Of a stretch of 64,000 bases of DNA, positions 23,321 through 32,828 are shown one piece after another. Made by a program: the position numbers and the translations under genes. The notes under the pieces are model-generated. The model saw only the letters and a program-made list of their open reading frames with translations, was not told the DNA's origin and did not search any database. Every line of letters begins with the position of its first letter. Position 1 is the stretch's first letter. This stretch comes from Frankiaceae bacterium (lineage in GTDB: Bacteria; Actinomycetota; Actinomycetes; Frankiales; Frankiaceae). The stretch covers positions 4,364 to 68,363 of the forward strand of contig DATAVO010000047.1 in the NCBI GenBank assembly GCA_036267695.1, in the 5' to 3' direction.

Positions 23321-24738
23321 GCCGCGTGCTCCGGGGCCCCGGTCAGCAGGGCAGCGGCTACGCGTTCCAGGCCGGCCGCGCGGCTCGCCTTCACCAAGAC
23401 GACCGTGTTTGCCGCCTGATCCGGGCTGATCTCGTCGCGGAGCACCGCGAGCGCCGCTGTCACGTCGGCGGCGAGCACCGGCTCCTCGCGCGCGCCCTCG
23501 AGACGCGCGCCGGTGTGGATGGCCGCGGCGTCCGCACCGACCACCACGACCTTGTCGACGCCGAGACGCACCGCGAGGCGGCCGAGGGCGTCGTGCTCGT
23601 CGACGGTCGTCGGGCCCAGTTCGTACATCGGCCCGAGCACGGCAATGGTGCGCCGTGCGTCGCGCCCGGACGCCGGTTTCCCCATCAGGGCAAGGGATTT
23701 CAGAGCTGCGCGCATGGACTCGGGGTTGGCGTTGTAGGCGTCGTTGACCACCGTCAGGCCCGAGGATGTGGTCGCCACTTCCATCCGCCAGCGTGACCGC
23801 GGGCCGGCCGTCGCCAGGTCCTGCGCCACCTGCGATGGTGTCCGTCCGCATTCCACCGCGACCGCCGCCGCTGCCAGCGCATTGCTGACCTGATGGGCGC
23901 CGACGAGGGCCAGCCGGGTACGGGTACGGGCACGTCCCTGCGGGGTGACGAGCGTGAAGCCCGCCCGACCCTCGGGGTCGAGGTCGACGTCCTCCGCCCG
24001 GACCTGGGCGTCAGGGCTCTCGCCGAAGGTGACGACGCGGGCGCGAGTGCGCGAGGCCATCGCCAGCACCAGCGGGTCGTCGGCGTTCAGCACGGCGACA
24101 TCACCTGCGGCCTCGGCCAACTCGCCCTTGCTCTCCGCGATGGCCTGCCGGCTGCCGAACTCGCCGAGGTGCGCGCTGCCGACATTGAGCACCACGCCGA
24201 TCGACGGCGGCGCCATCGCGCACAACCGGGCGATGTGACCGCGTCCGCGCGCCCCCATCTCCAGTACCAGGAAGCGGGTCGACGCGTCAGCGCGGAGCGC
24301 CGTCAACGGAACTCCGAGATCGTTGTTGTAGGAGCCGGGGGGCGCGATCGTGGGGCCTGCGGGCTCCAGCAGCGCGGCGACGAGATCCTTGGTGCTCGTC
24401 TTGCCGGACGATCCGGTCAGCCCGATCACGCGCACCTGCGGGATCTGGCGCAGCGCATGCGCCGCGAGTGCACCCATGGCCGCGGCGACATCCGCCACCA
24501 CGATCGCGGGCTCGGACGCGGGACGGGTGCCCAGGATGGCGAGGGCACCGGCAGCAATCGCACCGGCCGCGTGATCGTGCCCGTCGGTGTGCTCTCCCGG
24601 CAGGGCAGCGAACAGGAGGCCGGGCTCGACCAGCCGCGAGTCGATCACCAGTCCGGTGGCGACCTTGTCGGCGGCTTCCGGCGGCACGACGGCCCCGTGC
24701 ACGGCATTCGCCACATCGCTCAAACGCAAGCCGATCAT
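23317..24738 (-). CDS. murF: UDP-N-acetylmuramoyl-tripeptide--D-alanyl-D-alanine ligase
   Basis: 473 aa. Contains [13 protein letters not shown]. There is a 4-nt overlap with the murE stop. Confidence 0.9.
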   Translation of the reverse strand: MIGLRLSDVANAVHGAVVPPEAADKVATGLVIDSRLVEPGLLFAALPGEHTDGHDHAAGAIAAGALAILGTRPASEPAIVVADVAAAMGALAAHALRQIPQVRVIGLTGSSGKTSTKDLVAALLEPAGPTIAPPGSYNNDLGVPLTALRADASTRFLVLEMGARGRGHIARLCAMAPPSIGVVLNVGSAHLGEFGSRQAIAESKGELAEAAGDVAVLNADDPLVLAMASRTRARVVTFGESPDAQVRAEDVDLDPEGRAGFTLVTPQGRARTRTRLALVGAHQVSNALAAAAVAVECGRTPSQVAQDLATAGPRSRWRMEVATTSSGLTVVNDAYNANPESMRAALKSLALMGKPASGRDARRTIAVLGPMYELGPTTVDEHDALGRLAVRLGVDKVVVVGADAAAIHTGARLEGAREEPVLAADVTAALAVLRDEISPDQAANTVVLVKASRAAGLERVAAALLTGAPEHAA

Positions 24739-26321
24739 GCGCCGCTCACCGGATTCCCCAGCGTGGACCCGGCAGCGGACATGGCGGCGCGCAGCACCTC
24801 ACGATCATCAAACGGGTGAACGACGCCGGCGATGTCCTGACCGGTCTCGTGCCCCTTGCCGGCGATGACGACGGCGTCACCGGCCCGCGCGCGGTGGACC
24901 GCGAGTGCGATTGCCGCGGCCCGGTCGGGCTCGACCACGAAGTCCCCCGCGGAACTGATCCCCGCGGCGGCTTTGCGCGCCCCGTCGCTCATCTCGCCGA
25001 GGATCGCGAGCGGATCTTCCGACCGTGGATTGTCACTGGTCAGGATCGCCTCGTCGGCGCCGAGGACGGCGGCGGCTCCCATCAGCGGTCGCTTGCCCCG
25101 ATCGCGATCTCCCCCGCAGCCGAGTACGAGCAGCAGCCGGCCCGGTACCAGTTCGCGCACCGTCTGCAGCAGGCTTGCGACTGCTGCGGGGGTGTGCGCG
25201 TAGTCCACCAGAGCGAGGAACGGCTGGCCGGCGTCGATCCTTTCCATCCGGCCCGGGACGCCTGCCAGCCCGGCGACGCCCTCCAGCGCCGCCTCCAGCG
25301 GCGTGCCGGTCTGGGCCAGGAGCGCGATCGAGCACAGCGCGTTGCTCACGTTGAACGACCCGGGCATGGCGACGTGAGCCTTGACGGGGGCATCGGCGCC
25401 GGGCGCGAGCACCCCGAAGTCGGAGCCCGCCGGGCCGCACCGCACCTCGACGGCGCGCCAGCCGGCGTCCGCGGCGAAGCCGAACGTGACGGCATCCGGA
25501 TGGCGCAGGGCGAGCCGGCGGCCGTGCTCGTCGTCAGCGGAAACGACCGCTCCCGCGGCGGCCAGGAAACCCCGCCTGGGATCGAAGAGCGACGCCTTGG
25601 CCTCGAAGTAGTCCTCGAGATCGGTGTGGAAATCGAGATGGTCCTGGCTGAGGTTGGTGAAGGCCGCCCCGGCGAACCGGCAGCCATCGACCCGGTGCAA
25701 CGCCAGGGCATGGCTGGAGACCTCCATCGCGGCGGCGTCGACCCCCCGCTCGAGCATGGTCGCGAAGAGCGCCTGCAGCTCGGGGGCCTCAGGGGTCGTG
25801 CGCACACTCGGAACGACCACGTCGGCGATCCTGGTCGCCACCGTACCGATCAGTCCTGTGCGATGCCCCGCCGCGGCCAGGCCCGCCTCCAGCAGGTAGG
25901 CGACGGTCGTCTTGCCGTTGGTGCCGGTGACTCCCAACAGGGTCAGATGCCGGGTCGGGTCCCCGTAGATCGCCGCGGCGACGTCGCCGAGGACGGCCCT
26001 CGGTTCGGTGACCGTGAGGACTGCCACACCCGACGCGTCACCGATCAACACCGCGCCGGCCGGATCCGTGAGGATCGCCGCGGCCCCTGCCCCGACAGCC
26101 TGCTCCGCGAACTCCGCGCCATGCACGCGTGCACCGGGGAGAGCGGCATAGAGATCGCCGGGCTGGACCCGCCGTGAGTCCAGGGTGACACCCCGGATGA
26201 CGGCCGCCCGGTCGGCGGACCCGCTTTCGGCTGCCGCTCCCCCGCTGCGCGCCACCGCCTTCTGCACCCGTTCGAGCGAGACCTCGGGCGCCGTTGCCGG
26301 GCGAAGCGCCGTGGAACTCAC
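24735..26321 (-). CDS. murE: UDP-N-acetylmuramoyl-L-alanyl-D-glutamate--2,6-diaminopimelate ligase
   Basis: 528 aa. Contains GVTGTNGKTT and the DNPR motif (LTSDNPRSEDP), which indicates meso-DAP specificity. Confidence 0.9.
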   Translation of the reverse strand: MSSTALRPATAPEVSLERVQKAVARSGGAAAESGSADRAAVIRGVTLDSRRVQPGDLYAALPGARVHGAEFAEQAVGAGAAAILTDPAGAVLIGDASGVAVLTVTEPRAVLGDVAAAIYGDPTRHLTLLGVTGTNGKTTVAYLLEAGLAAAGHRTGLIGTVATRIADVVVPSVRTTPEAPELQALFATMLERGVDAAAMEVSSHALALHRVDGCRFAGAAFTNLSQDHLDFHTDLEDYFEAKASLFDPRRGFLAAAGAVVSADDEHGRRLALRHPDAVTFGFAADAGWRAVEVRCGPAGSDFGVLAPGADAPVKAHVAMPGSFNVSNALCSIALLAQTGTPLEAALEGVAGLAGVPGRMERIDAGQPFLALVDYAHTPAAVASLLQTVRELVPGRLLLVLGCGGDRDRGKRPLMGAAAVLGADEAILTSDNPRSEDPLAILGEMSDGARKAAAGISSAGDFVVEPDRAAAIALAVHRARAGDAVVIAGKGHETGQDIAGVVHPFDDREVLRAAMSAAGSTLGNPVSGA

Positions 26322-26370
26322 GGGCCCGAGGATAGGTGCCCGGCCGCCCCGGGCTGGACTCTCGTCCGGC

Positions 26371-28227
26371 TCATCCGGCCGTCTGGGGATAGATCACGGG
26401 CGTGGTCCCCGTCGGCGGCACCCGCAGGCTGGTCAGGCCAAACGCCATGATCTGGGAGAAGACGGGAGCCGCGACGTCGCCGCCGTAGATGCTCGTCTTC
26501 GGATCGTCGAGTGTGACGAGGACAACCAGCGAGGGATTGTCAGCCGGGGCGAAGCCGACGAACGAGGCGACGTAGCCCGAGTACTTGCCGGTGGTGGGGT
26601 CGACCCGGTTGGCCGTACCCGTCTTGCCGGCGACCCGATAGCCGGCCACCGAGGCCTTCTCACCGGTTCCGCTCGTCGACGTGGTCACCTGCTCGAGCAG
26701 CTGCGACATGGTCTTGGCCGTCTGGGCACTCACGACGCGGTGGGTGGCGCCCTTCGCGGCCGGCACGACATCACCTTTGCCGTTGATGGAGCCGCTGATG
26801 ACGCGCGGCGTGACGCGCACCCCGCCGTTGGCGATGGTCGCGTACGCATCGGCGACCTGGAGAGCGTTCACCGACATGCCCTGCCCGTACGGGATGGTCG
26901 CTGCGGTCGAGTCCGTCCAAGTGCTCGCCTTCCTGAGCAGGCCGGGCGACTCACCGGGGAGGTTGACTCCGGTCAGCGAACCGAGGCCGAACTTGCGCAG
27001 CTCGCTCTCGAGGGCCTCACGGGAGGGGAGCTTGCGGCTGATCAGCAGCGCACCTTCATTACTCGATTGGGCAATGACCCCCGCCACCGTGAGGGTTTCA
27101 TCGGGGTGGGTCTCGGCATCGTTGATGTGGAACGGCGGCACCGAGATGCCTGGAGGCGAGGCGGGGATGCCGATCGCGGTGGTCGGCGTGACGATGCCAC
27201 GGTCGACGGCGGCACTGACGGTGATGAGCTTGTTGACGCTGCCGGGCTCAAAAGTCCATTCCACATCAGGGTTGTGCAGGTCTGCGTCGGTGATCTTGCC
27301 CGGGTCGTTGGGGTTGAATCCAGGCGCGCTCGCCATCGCGTAGATGTCGCCGGTGTGCGGGTTCATCACGATGGCGACACCCTGGATCGCACCGGAGGCC
27401 TTCACCTCGGCGCCGAGCGCCTGCTCCGCCTTGTACTGGATGTCCCGGTCGAGCGTCAGTTGCAGCCCCTGCCCGGGAACCGGCGCCTTCTCGCGGTGCG
27501 TACCGGAAGGAATCACCCGCCCCTGCGGGTCTTCCTCGACGACGAGCGTGCCGTTCTTACCGGCCAGGCTCGTGTTGTACGCGAACTCCAAGCCGGCGGA
27601 ACCGTTGCCATCGCGTCCTACGATGCCCAGCACGTTAGCGGCCAGATTGCCTGCCGGATAAAGCCGTTTGCGCTGCGGAAGGGTGCCGATGCCGGGCAGC
27701 GCAAGCTTGGTGACCGCGTCTCCGACAGTGGTGTCGACGTCATAGGCGAGGTAGCGGAACGGGGTGTTGTTGAGCAGATCGGCGGTGAGGTCGGCAACGG
27801 ACATGTGCAGCACCGGGGCGAGCTTGTTGGCCTCGCCGACGACGTCGGTCACCTTCGGCGGCTGCACATACACGTCGTTCGCATCGACGTCGACGGCGAG
27901 CACGTTGCCGGAGCGGTCAGTGATCTCGCCGCGGGTCGCGGGCTGATCGACGGTGTGGGTGCGCTGCTGTTCGGCAAGCGCCGCGTACGTATGGGATTTG
28001 AAGCCCTGCAACTGCACGAGACGCCCGGCCAACAAAAGGAAGAGCGCCGCCATTGCAGCAGCCGCCATCCGCAGTCGGCGGCCGGACGAGCGCAGCCGGA
28101 ATCCGGGGTGCTTGCGCCGCCAGCGGCTCTTGGCCCGGGTGCTTGCCGGGCGCGCGGCGGGGCGGCGCGGCGGAGTCCGCGACGGGACCGGACGCTGGCG
28201 GACCGGCGGCGGCGCGGTCGGGCTCAT
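26371..28227 (-). CDS. ftsI: class B penicillin-binding protein (FtsI/PBP3-type transpeptidase)
   Basis: 618 aa with an N-terminal TM segment. Contains SxxK (GSVNK), SxN (QSSNEG) and KTGT (AGKTGTAN). There is a TGATG overlap with the ftsL-like stop. Confidence 0.9.
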   Translation of the reverse strand: MSPTAPPPVRQRPVPSRTPPRRPAARPASTRAKSRWRRKHPGFRLRSSGRRLRMAAAAMAALFLLLAGRLVQLQGFKSHTYAALAEQQRTHTVDQPATRGEITDRSGNVLAVDVDANDVYVQPPKVTDVVGEANKLAPVLHMSVADLTADLLNNTPFRYLAYDVDTTVGDAVTKLALPGIGTLPQRKRLYPAGNLAANVLGIVGRDGNGSAGLEFAYNTSLAGKNGTLVVEEDPQGRVIPSGTHREKAPVPGQGLQLTLDRDIQYKAEQALGAEVKASGAIQGVAIVMNPHTGDIYAMASAPGFNPNDPGKITDADLHNPDVEWTFEPGSVNKLITVSAAVDRGIVTPTTAIGIPASPPGISVPPFHINDAETHPDETLTVAGVIAQSSNEGALLISRKLPSREALESELRKFGLGSLTGVNLPGESPGLLRKASTWTDSTAATIPYGQGMSVNALQVADAYATIANGGVRVTPRVISGSINGKGDVVPAAKGATHRVVSAQTAKTMSQLLEQVTTSTSGTGEKASVAGYRVAGKTGTANRVDPTTGKYSGYVASFVGFAPADNPSLVVLVTLDDPKTSIYGGDVAAPVFSQIMAFGLTSLRVPPTGTTPVIYPQTAG

Positions 28228-28970
28228 CAGTGGCCTCCCGCAACCGGAGTGGTGACGGTTTTCCCAGCAGTCCCAGCAGTCCCGACCTTCGCCGGAGTGG
28301 TCGCCGTCATGTGCGGCGTCGTGGTGGTGGTCGTCCCGGCGACCGCTGCCGGCTTGGTCGCCGTCGCGACAGGAGCCTTCGGTACCACGGGCACGACCGG
28401 CTTCTTGACCACGGGCACCTTGGGAGCGACGACCGGCTTCTTGGCAACCGGCTTTTTCACCACGGGCTTCTTCACCGCCGGCTTGACGCTCGCCTTCGCT
28501 GCGGGGGTCGTCACCACCACCGGCGGCGGGGTCACCGGGATGATGCCCGGCGCGTAGATGAGGTTGCCGACCCGGATCGCGCCCTTGGGAATGGCCACTC
28601 CCCGGGGCAGGAAGCTGGGCGGGTCACCGGCGACGAGCCCGAGCTCCGCCGCCCGCTTTGCCAGTACCGAAGGGTCATCGAGACCGTCGGCGATGCTCGT
28701 CAACGCTTGCTGCTGCTGCTGAAGGGCGGCGTCCTCTGCCTGCAAGCTGTGCAGCCGGAACGAGTCCTGCGCCGACGCGGTGTTGAGCAGCAGCAGGCTG
28801 ACGAGCGCGCCGGCGAGCAGCACCAGCAGCAGGACGACGAACGGCGCGCGCCGCGCCCGCGCAGGAGTCGGGACGAGAGCGAGAAGTCCGCGGCTCGTGG
28901 GGCGAGCGGTGCGACCTGATGCGCGGCGGCGGGGTGCTTCCGGGGGTACGGGAAGCGGTTGGGCGCTCAC
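28227..28970 (-). CDS. ftsL: FtsL-like septum formation initiator with a Pro/Val/Lys-repeat C-terminal tail
   Basis: It lies between rsmH and ftsI. Single TM segment FVVLLLVLLAGALVSLLLL, then the coiled-coil-like LHSLQAEDAALQQQQQALTSI. The tail reads KPAVKKPVVKKPVAKKPVVAPKVPVVKKPVVPVVPKAP. Confidence 0.65.
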   Translation of the reverse strand: MSAQPLPVPPEAPRRRASGRTARPTSRGLLALVPTPARARRAPFVVLLLVLLAGALVSLLLLNTASAQDSFRLHSLQAEDAALQQQQQALTSIADGLDDPSVLAKRAAELGLVAGDPPSFLPRGVAIPKGAIRVGNLIYAPGIIPVTPPPVVVTTPAAKASVKPAVKKPVVKKPVAKKPVVAPKVPVVKKPVVPVVPKAPVATATKPAAVAGTTTTTTPHMTATTPAKVGTAGTAGKTVTTPVAGGH

Positions 28971-30016
28971 GAACGACCTCTTCTTCCTGTCTTGGAGGGG
29001 GTGGAGGTGGCGTTCACGGAGAAGGGCTTCTGCAGCGCGGACGGCAACTCCGCGTCGAGCCGTTCAGCCGCACGCAACCGGGCGGAGGCCGCCCGGGGGT
29101 TCGCCGCGATCTCGTCATCGGTCGGCCGCTCGGCGCCGCGGGTCAGCAGGCGCAGTGCAGGCGCGGGAGGCGGCACCGGGAAATCGGGCGGCAGGTCGCT
29201 GTCCCGCTCCGGGTGCGCCCCGGCCGTGAGGGCGCGCTTGACGATCCGGTCCTCGAGGCTTTGATACGCGAGTACCGCGATCCGTCCTCCGGGAGCAAGC
29301 GCGCCGATCGCTGCAGGGACGGCGGACTCGAGCGCACGCAACTCGTCGTTGACTTCGATTCGCAGCGCCTGGAACGTGCGCTTGGCCGGATGCCCACCCG
29401 TACGACGGGTGGCCGCGGGCACCGACTCACGGACGAGTTCGGCGAGCCGCGCGGTGTTCGTGAACGGCGCGACGGCTCGATCCCGGACGATCGATTCGGC
29501 AATACGCCGGGCGAAACGTTCCTCGCCGTACGTGCGTAGCACCCGCGCCAGCTCTCCTGTCTCATAACCATTCACGACGTCTGCGGCGGTGAGCCCACGC
29601 GACTGATCCATGCGCATGTCGAGAGGGGCGTCCCGGCTGTAGGAGAAGCCTCGCTTTCCATCGTCGAGCTGAAGCGACGACACGCCGAGGTCGAGCAGGA
29701 CTGCCGAAATGGGTCCGAGGCCGAAACCTTCGAGCACGCCGGGTATTTCGTCATAGACGGCATGGGCAAAGCGCACGCGCGATCCGTAGCCGGCGAGCCG
29801 TGCCCGGGCCCGTTCGATCGCCTCGGTGTCGCGGTCGATGCCCACCGCGAGAGCGTTGGGAGCCGCGTCCAGCAGAGCCTCGGTGTGACCACCGAGGCCG
29901 AGCGTCAGGTCGGCGAAAACACTTGCGGGCGCCTGCAAAGCGGGCGTGAGCAACTCGACGATGCGATCCGCGAGGACAGGCGCGTGAGCGAAGGCGGCGG
30001 GCTCGTTCGGATCCAT
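28967..30016 (-). CDS. rsmH: 16S rRNA (cytosine1402-N4)-methyltransferase
   Basis: I prefer the ATG at 30016 (MDPNEPAAFAHAPVLADRIVELL). Contains DLTLGLGGH and LLDLGVSSLQLD. The ORF-track start at 30091 adds 25 Arg-rich residues. Confidence 0.88.
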   Translation of the reverse strand: MDPNEPAAFAHAPVLADRIVELLTPALQAPASVFADLTLGLGGHTEALLDAAPNALAVGIDRDTEAIERARARLAGYGSRVRFAHAVYDEIPGVLEGFGLGPISAVLLDLGVSSLQLDDGKRGFSYSRDAPLDMRMDQSRGLTAADVVNGYETGELARVLRTYGEERFARRIAESIVRDRAVAPFTNTARLAELVRESVPAATRRTGGHPAKRTFQALRIEVNDELRALESAVPAAIGALAPGGRIAVLAYQSLEDRIVKRALTAGAHPERDSDLPPDFPVPPPAPALRLLTRGAERPTDDEIAANPRAASARLRAAERLDAELPSALQKPFSVNATSTPSKTGRRGRS

Positions 30017-30186
30017 GCGCACTCCCGCCCCTCTGCCTCCTGGCTTCGACAGTCGGACGGGCCTTCGGCCGGTGAGCCGATGTACGTGCATCCGGTCAGG
30101 TCCAGGTCCGCTCAGGCCTGGCGTCAGGGAAGGGACGCCAGGATGCGAGCGGGCCGGAACCTCGCCGTACGCGATTGCTGCTCTGC

Positions 30187-30618
30187 TCAGAGCACCCCCG
30201 GCAGCACCTCCTCCTGGAGCTCGGCGAAACGAACGTCGTTGCCCGCCTCCCAGTCATCGAAGGCAGCGGCATTCCAGACCTCGAAGCGCGCATTGGTGCC
30301 GACCACGACGCAATCGCGATCCAGGGCCGCGTAGTCGCGCAGCGAGGCGGGAACGGTGACCCGACCCTGCTTGTCAGGGACCTCGAGCGACGCCGAGCCG
30401 AAGAACGTGCGCTGGTAATTGCGCAGCGCCTGCGAGCCCACCGGGGCATCGCGCAGCGCGTCGCCAAGCCGGGTGAACGCGGCCGCCGTGTAGCCGTAGA
30501 GGCAGCGGTCCTGGCCTTTGGTCAGCACGACGCCCTCCGCCAGCTCGTCTCGGAATCGGGCGGGAAACGCCAGCCGCCCCTTCTCGTCGAGCCGCGGGCG
30601 GTGGGTGCCAAGAAACAC
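30187..30618 (-). CDS. mraZ: division/cell wall cluster transcriptional regulator MraZ
   Basis: The GTG at 30618 gives (M)FLGTHRPRLDEKGRLAFPARFRDEL and has GGAGG 6 nt upstream. A second SpoVT/AbrB-like repeat reads VPDKQGRVTVPASLRDYA. Confidence 0.9.
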   Translation of the reverse strand: MFLGTHRPRLDEKGRLAFPARFRDELAEGVVLTKGQDRCLYGYTAAAFTRLGDALRDAPVGSQALRNYQRTFFGSASLEVPDKQGRVTVPASLRDYAALDRDCVVVGTNARFEVWNAAAFDDWEAGNDVRFAELQEEVLPGVL

Positions 30619-30675
30619 GACACACCTCCACCAGGCGACAGCTCGAGCGAACGACACGTCGGTTCAGCCAATATT

Positions 30676-30701
30676 CCCCACGGCCACCCACTCTACCCCA
30701 C
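30676..30701 (-). promoter_or_regulatory. three 10-bp-spaced GTGGG(G/T) direct repeats (candidate MraZ operator / mra promoter)
   Basis: The minus strand reads GTGGGGtagaGTGGGTggccGTGGGG, with repeats starting every 10 bp (plus-strand ccccac/acccac/ccccac at 30676, 30686, 30696). A TAGAGT -10-like hexamer lies between repeats. The element is about 60-85 nt upstream of mraZ. Confidence 0.65.
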
Positions 30702-30773
30702 TGTCCCCCTAACAGCCATGGTTGAGGCCTCTGCGGGCGCACCGCCGGTCCTGAACCGGGTGAAGATGAACCA

Positions 30774-31292
30774 GTGACCGAAGTCCTGGGCAGCTCAGCC
30801 GGTGAAGCGCACGCCTCTGGCGCTGCGGAGCCGGGCCTGCAATGGCGCACCCCGGACCGGCGCCTGCTCGGCCTGCGCCGCTGGCAGGTCCGTGTCAGCG
30901 CCGCCCTTCTGCTCGCCGGATCAGGGATCAGCGCAGCGTTTTTCCCGGTCCCCGGGCTTATCGCGCTCGGGGCTGTCGTCGTGGCCTACGTGTGTGCTGA
31001 AGTGACCATCCTGCGGCGCTTCGGGGCCTGGGGATACGCCGAGCGGGCCGAAGACCTGCTGGTAAGACGCGGTGTGCTGGTGCGCCGGCTGTCCGTCGTT
31101 CCCTATGGCCGGATGCAGTTCGTCGATGTCGTTGCCGGGCCGCTGGAGCGGCGGTGGGGCCTGGCGACGGTGCGTTTGCACACGGCGGCCGCCGCGAGCG
31201 ACGCCCGGGTGCCCGGCCTGCCGACCGCCGAAGCCGAGCGCCTGCGTGACCGCCTCGCGATGCTCGGGGAATCGCGGGCCGCCGGGCTGTGA
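30774..31292 (+). CDS. bacterial PH-domain (bPH_2, YdbS-like) membrane protein
   Basis: 172 aa with two TM segments, followed by RRGVLVRRLSVVPYGRMQFVDVVAGPLERRWGLATVRLHTA. Confidence 0.7.
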   Translation: MTEVLGSSAGEAHASGAAEPGLQWRTPDRRLLGLRRWQVRVSAALLLAGSGISAAFFPVPGLIALGAVVVAYVCAEVTILRRFGAWGYAERAEDLLVRRGVLVRRLSVVPYGRMQFVDVVAGPLERRWGLATVRLHTAAAASDARVPGLPTAEAERLRDRLAMLGESRAAGL

Positions 31293-32710
31293 ACGACCGC
31301 CTCCCAGCGCACCCAGCCGCCCCGGCGGCCGCTCTTTCGACTCCCGAAATGGCAGCTGCTCCCGGGACGCAATGGGCGCGCCTGCATCCACTCACGCCGG
31401 TACTTCGTGGGTGGCGAGCGCTCGGGATCGTGGCGGCCATCGCTGCCCAGGACGGGCTGCGGCGAGGGGGTTTTTCGAGCACCCAGTTTCTGCTGATCGT
31501 GGTCATCGTGCTGCCGGTGTCAGCGCTCGCCGGATACCTGTCCTGGCTGCGCCGCCGGTGGCGGGTCGAGGGCGGTGACCTGCGACTGGAGTACGGCATC
31601 TTCACGCGCAAGAGCCGCCGCGTCCCGCTGGCCCGGCTGCAGGCGATCGATGTCGTACGCCCCCTGATCGCCCGCGCCCTCGGGCTCGCTGAGCTGCGTA
31701 TCGAGGTGGTCGGGCACAGCAGCGGCGAGGCCAACCTCGCCTACCTCACGGAGACGGAGGCGCTCACCGTCAGGGCGCACCTGCTCGACCTCGCGCACCG
31801 CCCGGCGGGCGCGCCCGCTCCCCCCGCTGGGGCGCCGGAGCCGGTTCCCACTTCGGCGCCATCGACCGCCCCACCGCCGTCGTGGGGCGCTGAGGACGAG
31901 GCCGTACTCGCGACGGTGCCGACGGGCCGCTTCGTCATCTCGTTGCTGACCTCTGCGACCGGCGGCTTCGCGATGCTCTTCTTGGCCGCGATCGCCGCCG
32001 CCACGCTCGTCACCCCGGCCGCGGCCGGCGCGATCGTCGCCGCAATGCTGCCCATCGGTGCCACCCTCTACTACAAGTTCACCGTCGAGTTCGGGTTTAC
32101 GGTTTCGCTCTCACCGCAAGGCGTCCGGCTCAAGCACGGCCTGCTCGACACCCGCCATCAGACCGTTCCGCGGGGGCGCGTCCAAGCCATCCGCATCGTC
32201 GAACCGCTCTTCTGGCGCCGGCTGGGGTGGATGCGCCTGGAGGTCGACGTCGCCGGCTACCGCAACAAGGGCGCCGGCGGAGCCGAGGATCGCGCCGCCA
32301 TAGGAGTGCTCATCCCGGTGGCGCCGCGCGCCGAGGCCGAGATGCTAATCGAGACCGTCCTGCCCGGGCTGCGGCTGGACTCGTTCCGGCTGACCAAGCC
32401 TCCGCCGCGGGCGCGTTGGCGGGCACCCCTCTCGTATCACTTCCTGGCCGGCGCCTTCGACCACGGCTGGTCGGTCACCTCCTACGGCCGTATCCGACGG
32501 GTCACCGATGTCGTCCCCCAGGACAAGTTGCAGAGCGTCCGCCTGGTCGCGGGGCCGGTGCAGCGCCGGCTCCGACTGGCGACCGTCCACCTGGACACCG
32601 CCGGTCGCAACGTGCACGCCGCCTTCCGGCACCGCGATCAGCAGGAGGCCGCCGAGCTCACCGACTCGCTGGCACAGGTGGCCAGGGCGGCACGGTCGTA
32701 CAACCGATAG
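31289..32710 (+). CDS. YdbT-like membrane protein with repeated bPH_2 domains
   Basis: 473 aa with a GTGA overlap with the upstream gene. Repeated modules read ...RVPLARLQAIDVVRPLIARALGLAELRIEV, ...TVPRGRVQAIRIVEPLFWRRLGWMRLEVDV and ...QDKLQSVRLVAGPVQRRLRLATVHLDTA. Confidence 0.7.
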   Translation: MNDRLPAHPAAPAAALSTPEMAAAPGTQWARLHPLTPVLRGWRALGIVAAIAAQDGLRRGGFSSTQFLLIVVIVLPVSALAGYLSWLRRRWRVEGGDLRLEYGIFTRKSRRVPLARLQAIDVVRPLIARALGLAELRIEVVGHSSGEANLAYLTETEALTVRAHLLDLAHRPAGAPAPPAGAPEPVPTSAPSTAPPPSWGAEDEAVLATVPTGRFVISLLTSATGGFAMLFLAAIAAATLVTPAAAGAIVAAMLPIGATLYYKFTVEFGFTVSLSPQGVRLKHGLLDTRHQTVPRGRVQAIRIVEPLFWRRLGWMRLEVDVAGYRNKGAGGAEDRAAIGVLIPVAPRAEAEMLIETVLPGLRLDSFRLTKPPPRARWRAPLSYHFLAGAFDHGWSVTSYGRIRRVTDVVPQDKLQSVRLVAGPVQRRLRLATVHLDTAGRNVHAAFRHRDQQEAAELTDSLAQVARAARSYNR

Positions 32711-32828
32711 CTAGGTGCGCACGTCCAGGCAGACGGCACACAATTGGTGGGTGTGGGCCGCATCTGTGCAGACCGCCGCGCGCGGGCGATCGGGGAAGGC
32801 ACACTGTTGAGACCGAACCTGGAGGTAC

